From Rebecca billardiae RCC1528 (lineage: Eukaryota; Protista; Haptophyta): a DNA stretch of 64,000 bases. This document shows positions 55,001 to 64,000 of the stretch, in pieces; positions within the stretch are counted from its first letter, which is position 1, and every line of letters starts with the position of its first letter. The notes beneath the pieces were generated by a model that was not told where the DNA came from, did no database searches, and saw only the letters and a list, made by a program, of their open reading frames with translations. The stretch is from the NCBI GenBank assembly GCA_965240325.2, contig OZ251231.1:1860001-1924000 (forward strand). The letters are read 5' to 3'. The position numbers and the translations under genes are program-made.

Positions 55001-58000
55001 GAGGCCAACATGCTGACGAGCCACCTGCGCGAGCGGCAAGTGACGGAGATCGTGACGACGGCGGTGAACCGGCTGCTCGCGGAGCGGCCCAGCTTCTCGC
55101 GCCACGCCGTGCGCGGCTGCCTCGCGCTCCTCATCGCCGACGTGGCGGAGGAGGTCCACGAGCGCGGCGCCGCAGGCGACGGCGTGCTGCAGGCGGCGCG
55201 CCCGCGCGTCGACGGCGGCGCGTCGATCGACTTTGACGAGGACATCAACACGTACCGCGAGAAGGTGCACCTCGACGAGGCGCTGGGGTACGCGTTCGGC
55301 GCCGCCGGGGGCGCGTGCCTCGCCGGCGACGACGCGATCAAGGCGATGTCCGAGGCGCTGCTCGACCACCACGCGTTCATGCAGGACGTTGCCGACCGCA
55401 AGGCGGCGCTCACCGACGGCTCGAAGCAGCTGCCGGCGACGGACGAGCAGGCGACGGCGATCGGCGCGTTTCTCATCGGCGGCATGTCGGCCGAGGTGGT
55501 CAAGCTCGCCCTCAGCACCGAGCACGAGTACTGCCACGAGCACGGCCTCGTCAACACCACCAAGTGGGCCGAGGACGCCGTGTCGGCCTGGCTGATCGAG
55601 AAGATCGGCACGGAGACGCTCGAGCAGATGGCCGCGCTGCAGGGCGACAAGCGGAAGACGAAGGCGGACAACGCGACGAAGTGGAAGACGTGCGTGGGCT
55701 ACTACAAGGCGCCGCTGTGGCACTTCATGTACCGCACCGTCACGCTCTGCAACAGCTACGGGCGGAATGAGAACGGGCAGGGGGTGAAGTACCGTTCTCA
55801 TCTGGTCGCCATCGGCAAGCTGGACAAGCACGGCTTCTTCAACCACCAGCTCTTCGCCAACATCTGCGGTAACCGCGATCATATCTTCTGGGTGAGCGCC
55901 TCGCGCGGCGCGCGCGCGTGCGCGCGGCGCGCGCGCGTGCGCGCGCGCGCGCGCACGTCCACCGTCCTCGCCCTTACGCCCGCCTGTCCCCGCGCGCGGT
56001 GCGCGCGCGCAGTACGAGTGCGCCGTGTTTGTGAACGAGCGCGCGAACCTGATCGACTACTTCGAGTCGTGCATCGCGTCGGACGAGGGGGCCTGCTCGA
56101 CCATGAAGTACTGCCTCGCGATGGCGAAGAACGAGCACGTCTTCAAGGCCGCGGTCGTGTGCGGCGCGCTCTACTACGCCTTCACGCTGCCCTGCATCGC
56201 GGGCCACGAGCACCTCAAGGAGGAGGACGGCTCGCTCGACCGGCGCAAGATCCGCGTGTTCGACCAGGCCGTGTTTGAGAAGCTGGTCGACTGGGAGGAG
56301 AACACGCACAAGCTCCTGCTGGGCGACAAGTTGCTCGAGGGGCAGCGCACGAATCCCGAGCTGTTCAACATCCTCGCCAACATCCAGACTCGTGTCCGCA
56401 GCGGCGGCGATGAGATCACCAAGCTCGACCCGGATGCGCTCGAGCTCGCCAAGCAGGTCGTGAGCTCGCTCGCGAGGGGATACCACCACTACCACAAGGA
56501 GTCGATGCGCCTCCCGTACGGCGTGGCGCCCGGGGACGAGGACTTCGAGCAGAAGCTCGCCGAGTTTAAGAAGGCCGGCGGCGGCTCGCACCTCGACCTC
56601 TCCGACGCCCAGATCCGCCGCGGGCGCACGATGGAGCCCACGTCGAAGGCGTCCGAGCGCGTGTTCGCCATCAAGAAGCGCGTGCGCATGCGCGCCATCA
56701 CACGGTCGCTGCTCACGATCGCCGGCCTGGCGCGCTGCGCGCAGAACGGCTCGGCGCTCGAGCTCTTCCTGATGGTGATGGATCTGCCCGTCGAGAAGAT
56801 CGAGGCGTACGAGCGCGTCATGCAGTTAGTGCGCCGTGCTCGCAAGGCGAGGGAGGGCGGCGCGTTCGAGCAGGCGCTGTCGCTCGGGAACGTGCAGCTC
56901 GCGCTGCGCGAGGCCAAGCTGGCCAAGCGCGCGCAGGCGGCCGAAAAGCTCATGGAGCTGAAGGCCAAGCTGAACGCGCTGCGCGGCGAGTTCGGCGCGC
57001 CCTCGTGGGCGCGCATCAAGGAGTGGGCGGAGACGCGGGCGAACGACCTGCTCGACCTCGTGCGCGCGTTCGCGAAGCTCGACGACAAGGACGTGCGCAT
57101 CAGCGACGCGGCCAACAAGCTCAGCCGGCTCCAGCTGCTCGTGGAGCTGTACGGGCTCGAGGTGCCCGCCGCCGAGCTCGACGCGGCGGCGGGGCGGAGG
57201 TGGCGCAACGTCGGCGACGGCGCACGCGGTGCGCGGCTCCCTTCCGAGCTCGCGGACGGCCGCCTCCGAGGGCTCGGCCGGGACATGTGGAAGCTCGAGC
57301 GACTCTGCGGGGCGATGACGCGCGACGGCGTGCGCCTCTACCTCGCGCGCTGGCTCGGCGAGGGATGGGACGAGAGCCACGACCAGCTCCTGACCTTCCG
57401 GCAGCTGTGCGCAAAGGACAAGGCGACCGGCGAGCTGATCCTTCCGTGCCCCGAGATCCAGGCGGAGGTCGAGCAGTACGACGAGATCGCCGACTCGGAC
57501 TGGCCGCTGATCACGGCGATGGAGGCGCGCGAGCAGGCCGCGCGCGAGCAGCAGCTGCAGCCCGGCGCGCGCGTCTGCTGGATGCCGAGCCGCGAGGAGG
57601 ACTTCACGGCTGGCGAGGTCGTGGCGGTCGGCCCGCGCGACGGCGAGGTGCGCGTCCGCCGTGACGACGACGGCAACGAGTCCGTCCTGTCGCGCGACGT
57701 CGTGCTGAGCTTGCACTCGCTCGAGCGCACCCTCCACGTCGGCGACCGCGTGCGCGCGGCCGTGGAGGATCAGGACATATGGTTCTACGGCGAGGTCGCC
57801 CACGTGGACGAGCGCGGCGAGCTCATCACGCTCACGTACGACGACGACGAGGTCGAGACGAGGCCCGAGTTCCGCATCCAGTGCCTCCGCAGCGCCGCGG
57901 CCTCGGCTGGCGAGCAGCAGGCACGCCGCGGCAAGCGCGGCCGCAGCAGCTGAGCGAGCCCCCAGGAGCGCGCGCGCTTGGCGCGCGTGCGCGCGTGTAC

Positions 58001-58150
58001 ATCATTTAGCTACTCCCGACGCTGTCACGCATAGCAAATGGTCCCACTAGACCCCTGATCGATATCCCAAAGTTTCAGAGCCAGAGTGCCAGTGCTTCAG
58101 GTACCTCGTCAGCTCGCCGCGACGGTCACAGTGGGGCTCTGACCCCACTA
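52021..58150 (+). mobile_element. Putatively autonomous DNA transposon (hAT-like DDE), 6130 bp
   Basis: TIRs TAGCGGGGTCAGAGC and GCTCTGACCCCACTA (14/15 match). Perfect 9-bp TSD CGCGGTGCA at 52012-52020 and 58151-58159. One large spliced ORF inside. Confidence 0.88.
52357..57953 (+). CDS. ~1773-aa hAT-like transposase: coiled coil + DDE core + chromo-like + two Tudor-like domains; introns 52397-52550, 55892-56012
   Basis: TTDGATS (D at ~54557), TTDKGGAD (D at ~54812), YCHEH (CxxH at ~55532), PTSKASERVFA (E at ~56655). WKLERL..YLARWLG is chromo-like; PGARVCW.. and VGDRVRA..WFYGEV..LTYDDDEVE are Tudor-like. Introns are frame-consistent GT-AG. Confidence 0.78.
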
Positions 58151-58484
58151 CGCGGTGCAGGGCGGAGCGCGTAGCGAATGGAGCCCCGCCGGGCCCGGGG
58201 GCCCTCACTACGTTGTCAAAAAGATCTTTTGATCAAAGAAAAGGGGATGGGGGACGATTTTGAGGGCTGTTGGAGGGTGAGTTTTCGACTTTTTGAGGGG
58301 GGGTATGCTGTCCATCACAGCTTAAAAGGCCGCGCCCGCTGCAATTCTTGTATCTACTATGGACGGACGTGGGATCACATACCCCGGGGGTGAAACAAGT
58401 GAGTATTCCTATCCCTCTTGTATGCTGAAGTACGAGTTTGCCGAGCGACGTTTGATTGTTTTGGGTCGAAAACAGCTATGAAGC

Positions 58485-58760
58485 CAGATTCTTTTGAATA
58501 GTGCTTGTTCAAATACGTTATCCGTCTGTCTCGATGGATGAACCGCCTCGTCATATTAAAAGAGATTCTTTTCAATAGCGCTTGTCCAACCAAGTTACCC
58601 GCATGCCTCGATGGATGCACCTCCTCATAATATTGAAAGAGATTCTTTTGAATAGTGCTATTTAAAGCCAGTTACCCGCTTGCCTCGATGGATGAACCTC
58701 GTCCTGTGCCATAAGCCCATAATGAAAGAGAGGCGCTTGTGAAAACAGGTTACCCGCCCG
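58485..58760. repeat. Degenerate ~76-bp tandem repeat (3-4 copies) in an AT-rich patch
   Basis: Recurring agattcttttgaatagtgc ... gttacccgc..gcctcgatggatgaacc. Confidence 0.7.
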
Positions 58761-60894
58761 CCAGCGTTTATTGCGGGAGGCGCGACACGCCCGAGGCAGC
58801 GGGCGAGGATGCCGTGCAAGTGCGCGCCGCGCCGGTGCCCTCGCGCCGGTGGCGTGGGCTGGCTGGCTGCTGGTCTCGCCCACGCGCCCCACTCGCCCCA
58901 AGCGCGCAACGCCTGCGGGAAGCGCCGGCACCATACCTAACTAACCTGCGCGTCGACGCCCGTCCTGCCGCGGCCCGCGCCCTCGATCGATCGTCGATCG
59001 GACCGCGTGCGTGCGACTCCGTCCGCGCCCGCGCGCAGGGTGGGAGGGGCTGATGCAGGAGCAGATGCAGGACTACCTCGAAATTGCACGCGACGAGGAG
59101 GTGCCCAGCGCGCACTTTACGCTGCGCGCATCATCGAGTGGTCGCCCAGCGAGCGCGGGCAGCCACCGCCGCCGGCTGACGGCGGGCGCAGCAGCGCAGC
59201 TGCCAGCTGCGGACGCGCAGCGGGCGCGGAGTGGAGGCCGGCGCGGCGGCCGGGCAGCGGCGGCCGGCGCGGCAGCACGCTCGTATACATCGCGGCAGCT
59301 ACCGCCGTCGTGCGGGGAAAGCACACGCTCTCGGCGGCTTCCAAGATGCCGACGGGCCACGGCGTGCAGGCTGCGTGCGCGCTGCAGTGGCTGTGTCGAG
59401 CTGCTGCGGCGTGTGCTCGAGGCGCGGCGCTCGCACGGGCTACGCGGGCGCAGCGGGTGCGCGCAGCTGGCGCACGCAGTGCCACGTCCTGCGGCGCCAG
59501 TTTGGCGGCCGTCCGCCCCCCCGAGCTCGAGTTCTGCGCGCTTTGCGACGGCGCGGCCGGCCGCGCCCATCTGCCTGCTTAATTGGGCACGCCAGCATGG
59601 CCGCCGCCGGGCCTGCTACGCGCGCCGAAGCTGGAGGGCGGAGGAGGGCGCTGGGCTGCTCCTACGGCGTGCTGCAGCCCGGGCAGGCTCTACCGCGGCG
59701 CGGCGAGGCCGTCGCGCCTGCTCGCCGCCGTCGAGTCGCCCGTGCTGCGTGACCCTCGGCCGCACGTGCTCGGCGGCACCGCAGCAGGCGTCCCATGACC
59801 CATACCACGGTATGCTCGAGCCGCTGTGCGCACCCAAGGCGCGAGCTGCTCGAGCGGGCCAGGTGGGCCCAGGGGGTGCGCGCAGCTGGCACACGCAGCC
59901 CCGCGTCATGGGGTGTCGGTTTGACGGTCGCCAGCCCCTGCATGTGGGCTCGAGCGCTGTGCGCTTCACCACGGAGGTGCCGGCAGCGCCCCGCGGCGCG
60001 CAACGGCGGGGCAGCATGGCCGCCGCCGGCGCCGCCGCACATGCCGCCCGCTCACGGGCAGTCGAGAGCTTGGGGCAGCACCTACGGCGCATGCTGCAGC
60101 TCGGGCGGGCTCTGCCAGCCTGCTGTGGCGTGATCGCGCATTTTCCAGACCGTCGACTCGCCCGCGCTGCATAATATTCCATTATTCGTTTGCCGCGCGT
60201 GCTCGACGGCGCTCCGCGCTGCTGCTGCCGCTACGGCCGCGCGTTGGACGGACAGCATATGCCGACGGAGGGTGCACCGCGGGCCCCTAACTACGTTGCT
60301 TCTATGGAAGGGCCGCGGAACGCGGTCATTATGATAACTGTGCCATTCGCAGCCGCGCCAGCAGACGATGACGCGCCCCGCGGGGACGGACTAGCTGTTA
60401 CTGAGACTGAGTGAGTGTTACTCGACCGGACACTGTGATGAACCCCGTTACCAAGTGAACCGCGTATATGACGAATACTACGTCTACTACTACTACTGTA
60501 GTGATGACGACGACGACTCCGTCATCAGATAATATGACGACGAGATCGATTCACGCGATATTGATGCTGACGATGAACTCATCCGTCATGCCGATGAAGC
60601 GCAGAATTAGAATATAAAGACGACTGCCTGATTAGAATTTAGATGATGATGAAGTCATGAAGTTCTGAAGTGATGAAGTGACACTGCGCGCTACTATACC
60701 GATTGACGCGCGTCAGCATCATGATCCGGCGATCCGCGCGAGGTCCCGGCGCGGAACTTTGGCGCTGGACGCGAATTGATCGATCGATGAATATAATCGA
60801 TGCAGCCGCATCTGACTGATACGCCCAGTACTCAGTAGAGACTGCGAGAGTCTGCCAGTGCCAGTCGTACGGATCCGCGGCCGGGGCGACTCGA

Positions 60895-63800
60895 TCAGCG
60901 GAGGTCGTCGGCGTCGGCGTCTTCCAGTTCCGCCTGATCACCGGACTGCTGCGCCTGGTGCTGTCCCTGTGGATCGTCCATCGCGGCCGCCGTGGGCTGC
61001 TCATTCTCAGCCGACGGCAGTGGCGCCCCGGGGGGGCCCTGCGGCGCCGGGCCGGGTCCATCACCGGTAGCCTTGTGCTCGGCCCCTGAGGCAGGGTGCT
61101 GCTCCGGCAGAGTGGGTGGGGGCGGCTGTGCGCCGCGAGCCGCCTCTGGCTGGCTGCTGCGCTGCGCCGCTGGCTGCTGCTGGAGCTGCACACGCGGAGC
61201 CGACGCAGGAGCAGCCTGCGGCGGGACGGGCTGCCCGATGCCTCCCGCCGCAGAGGAGCCCGCGCTGGGAGCTGCCGCACCGCCCGCTGCCTGCTGCTGG
61301 GCAGCGCGAGCGAGCTGTGATGCGCGTGACGTATCCGGCACCGTCGCTGCCATGCCGACGGTCTCGGCGCTCGGCGAGCCGCCAGAGCGCTGCTGCTGCG
61401 GATCCGGCGGCTGCTGTTGCGCCCTCAGCTCCACCGCGGCAGCCGCTCCTGCGATGGACGCCTGCGCCGTGGGCACCGCCTGGGCGGCTGCACTCGCCTC
61501 AGCAGGCTCGTGCACCGGCTGGGAAGCCGTTGGCACGGGCGGCGCGGGCGGCCAGGGCTGGTCGAACGGCGAGTCGGCGAGCTGCTGCTGGGGCGGCGGC
61601 TGCCAGGGCACGTCAAACGGCGAGTCGGGCAGCTCGTGCTGTGCCGGCGGCGGCTGTGGCCACGGCCCGTCAAACGGCGAGGGCAGTGACGGCGGCGGCT
61701 CTGGCTGCGCCGCCTGCTGTGGCGGGGGCTGTGCCGTCGGCGTCTGCGCCTGCGTGGGCGACAGCTGCTCACCGAACGGCGAATCCGGGAGCTGCGGCGG
61801 CGACGGCGGGGACGCCGCTGCAGGCTGCGCGTGAGACTCGTGCGGCTGCTGCGCGGCGCGCACGTGTTCGAACGGGGACTCTGGCAGCTCCGCCTGTGCC
61901 GGTGCTGCTGGCGGCGCGGCTGCCGCCGCCTGCGCCGCGACGGGCGCGGGGCTGGCGGCGACTGGCGGAGCGGCGGCGTGCTCCGCGGGAGGCGGCTGTG
62001 GCTGCGGCTGCTGCGCCGCCCGTTCTTCCGCCGCGGCCCGTGCCGCCTGCGCTGCCGCCGCTCGGCTGCTCGGAGCCGGCGCCTGGGGCTGAGGCGGCAC
62101 GTCAGCATCGGCCGCCGCGTGCGGCCAGCGCGCAAGAACGCTTGCGCGCGGCTGCGGCGGCTTGGGCAGCGCCTGCGCCTGCGCCCCCGGCGCATCGAAC
62201 GGCGACTCCGGCAGGCTCTGCTGCTCCAACGGACGCGCCGGCTGCTGCGGCGTCGCCTGATCAGCCGCAAGCTGACCCGGCGCGTCAGTCGCGCCGGCGG
62301 GCGCATGCGCTGCCGCCCGCGCGGTGGGGGCTTCGACAGCGGCAGCAGAAGGCGGGCGCTGGCTGGGGGCGTGCGCGGCTTGTGCGAGTGCGGCAGCCGC
62401 CGTCGGCTGTGGCGCGGGCGGCCCTTCACGCGGCTCGGCCGCGCCTTGGCCGAGATTGTGCCTAGCAAGGGCCGCGGCGGCGCGGGAGCTCAACGCCACC
62501 CCGGGCGCAGGCGATGCAGCGCTGGCCGTTGGTGCGCACGCGGCGACGGGGCCGGCGCACTGCGCGGGCTGCGACGGCGGAGGCTCGAGCGTGGGCTCCT
62601 GCCCCTGGGCGCGCTGCTGATCGAGCTGCCGCCGCAGCTGCTGCCGCTGCCGCCAGTTCTGCGTCTGCTGCGCGGCTGGAGGCGGCGTGAGCTTGAGTGC
62701 CTGCGCCTGCGCCGCGTGCGCGCGCTGCTCGGCTGCTGTGGCCGTGGCGGGCGCAGCTGACGCCGCGCCATCCGTGCGCGGCGCGAGCGGCGCGGCGGAG
62801 GGCTGCGCTGGGGTGCGCTCGACAGGCTGCGCGGGCTGCCGCCGTTGCGGGGGCGGCTGCGCGCCCACGTGCGCAGGTGCCTGCACGGCACCGCCCGCGC
62901 TGGGCTGCGCCCTCGCAGCCGTTGCAGCGGCCACGGTGGGTGTGCCGCCTGGCGGCTGCTGCCCTGCGCCCGTTGCCGGGACCGCGGGCGCTTCCTGCGA
63001 CGGCGCGGCCGCGAGAGCCGCAGCGGTCGGTGCACGCCCCGCGCCGCGCCCCTGAGCTGCTGCACCCGCGCTCGTCTCGACGGGCCCGCCGCACGCGGCC
63101 GCAGGCCCGGCCGGGCGCGTCTGCGGCGGCGGCTCCGAGCGCGCCGCCTCGGCCACGTCCAAGCTCACCGACTCTGGGCCGAGTGGCTCGGCGCCGTGCG
63201 TGGCCTCGGGCTCTGGCGGATCGTCGGCGTACGAGATGCCCGCCCCACGCAGCGCCGCTCCGGAGTGCGAGCTCGCCCCGCCCTGCTTCTCGAACGCGCG
63301 CGCTCGCCACTTGCTCCGCCCAAAGTACCCAGCGCACGCGCACAGAACGAACAGACCCACCAGTGCGCCCGCGACTGACAGGCCGACGGTGAGCTCGGGC
63401 GCGGTCGTCGCGTGCTCCGCTTCAGCCAGCTGCGGGCCCGCTGTGCTGTCGTCGTCATCGTCGCCGCCGCCGCCGCCGCCGCCACCGCCACCGCCACCGC
63501 CGCCGCCGCCACCCCCGCCGCCGCCGCCAGCCCCCTCCTCGTCCTCGTCCTCGTCCTCGTTGACGCGCGTGACAGCGAGGACGGTCATGTTGAGCGCCGC
63601 GCCGAGCTGCGAGCTGTCGAGCGCCGTGAGCCGGGCCTCGATGTCGTCGATCGCGTCGAGCGTCGCGTTCGGCCCCGTCGCCGCCGCGGCGCCCGCCTCG
63701 CTGATGCGCGTGCGCGCGATCACCGAGCCCGCGCGCAGAGGCAGCAGCACGGCCACCTGCGAGCCGTTCACGGCAATGGCTTCCGCCAGCCGCAGCTCAA

Positions 63801-64000
63801 AGCCGGCCACGTCGAAGCTGCCCAGCTCGCCCGCGAGGGTGAAGTCGTACAGGATGCTCGGCGGCGGCGGGGGCGGCGGCGGCGGCGGCGGCGGCGAGGT
63901 CGGCGGGGTGGGCGGCGGTGACGGCGGCGGTGACGGCGGCGGCGGCGATGGCGGCGGTGACGGCGGTAGCGACGGCTGCGGGCTCGGCGGCGCGGGCGGC
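60895..64000 (-). CDS. Single-pass membrane protein: Ser-Pro stalk, AGSV-containing juxtamembrane domain, poly-Gly, TM, long Pro/Gln/Ala tail (5' end outside window)
   Basis: Frame is open to the window end with SPPP repeats; LRAGSVIARTRI; TM VGLSVAGALVGLFVLCACAGYF; repeated LP(D/E)SPF. Confidence 0.7.
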   Translation of the reverse strand, partial: PPAPPSPQPSLPPSPPPSPPPPSPPPSPPPTPPTSPPPPPPPPPPPPSILYDFTLAGELGSFDVAGFELRLAEAIAVNGSQVAVLLPLRAGSVIARTRISEAGAAAATGPNATLDAIDDIEARLTALDSSQLGAALNMTVLAVTRVNEDEDEDEEGAGGGGGGGGGGGGGGGGGGGGGGDDDDDSTAGPQLAEAEHATTAPELTVGLSVAGALVGLFVLCACAGYFGRSKWRARAFEKQGGASSHSGAALRGAGISYADDPPEPEATHGAEPLGPESVSLDVAEAARSEPPPQTRPAGPAAACGGPVETSAGAAAQGRGAGRAPTAAALAAAPSQEAPAVPATGAGQQPPGGTPTVAAATAARAQPSAGGAVQAPAHVGAQPPPQRRQPAQPVERTPAQPSAAPLAPRTDGAASAAPATATAAEQRAHAAQAQALKLTPPPAAQQTQNWRQRQQLRRQLDQQRAQGQEPTLEPPPSQPAQCAGPVAACAPTASAASPAPGVALSSRAAAALARHNLGQGAAEPREGPPAPQPTAAAALAQAAHAPSQRPPSAAAVEAPTARAAAHAPAGATDAPGQLAADQATPQQPARPLEQQSLPESPFDAPGAQAQALPKPPQPRASVLARWPHAAADADVPPQPQAPAPSSRAAAAQAARAAAEERAAQQPQPQPPPAEHAAAPPVAASPAPVAAQAAAAAPPAAPAQAELPESPFEHVRAAQQPHESHAQPAAASPPSPPQLPDSPFGEQLSPTQAQTPTAQPPPQQAAQPEPPPSLPSPFDGPWPQPPPAQHELPDSPFDVPWQPPPQQQLADSPFDQPWPPAPPVPTASQPVHEPAEASAAAQAVPTAQASIAGAAAAVELRAQQQPPDPQQQRSGGSPSAETVGMAATVPDTSRASQLARAAQQQAAGGAAAPSAGSSAAGGIGQPVPPQAAPASAPRVQLQQQPAAQRSSQPEAARGAQPPPPTLPEQHPASGAEHKATGDGPGPAPQGPPGAPLPSAENEQPTAAAMDDPQGQHQAQQSGDQAELEDADADDLR

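Noticed and set aside
59007-60182. Gene in the overlapping GC-rich ORFs
   Set aside because: No coherent frame or motif; at most a decayed fragment.

Overview
GC-rich eukaryotic DNA with short GT-AG introns (GTGCGC...CGCGCAG). A stromal processing peptidase with a signal-peptide-like N-terminus points to an alga with a complex plastid; a haptophyte is my inference, not a demonstrated result. Host genes: Sel1-repeat/MYND protein, methyltransferase-like protein, sulfotransferase, glycosyltransferase-like protein, membrane-anchored subtilisin on a Ser-Pro stalk, PP2C, SPP (M16), ELM2-SANT protein, cyclophilin, secreted beta-propeller, ISCU, aldose 1-epimerase and a second Pro-rich membrane protein. 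The most notable structures are mobile elements. (1) An apparently intact 6.13-kb DNA transposon (52021-58150) with 15-bp TIRs and a perfect 9-bp TSD encodes a spliced ~1770-aa hAT-like DDE transposase with a long coiled coil and C-terminal chromo-like plus tandem Tudor-like modules. A 472-bp MITE with the same ends lies at 27254-27725. (2) A 17.4-kb segment (32006-49375) is bounded by a 9-bp direct repeat and imperfect inverted ends. It carries two dyad-rich satellites (45/90 bp, and 120 bp with a 2286-bp higher-order repeat) and a very young Copia element (near-identical LTRs, 5-bp TSD, tRNA-Ala-like PBS, +1 frame break between IN and RT). All domain calls come from reading motifs by eye, not database searches.
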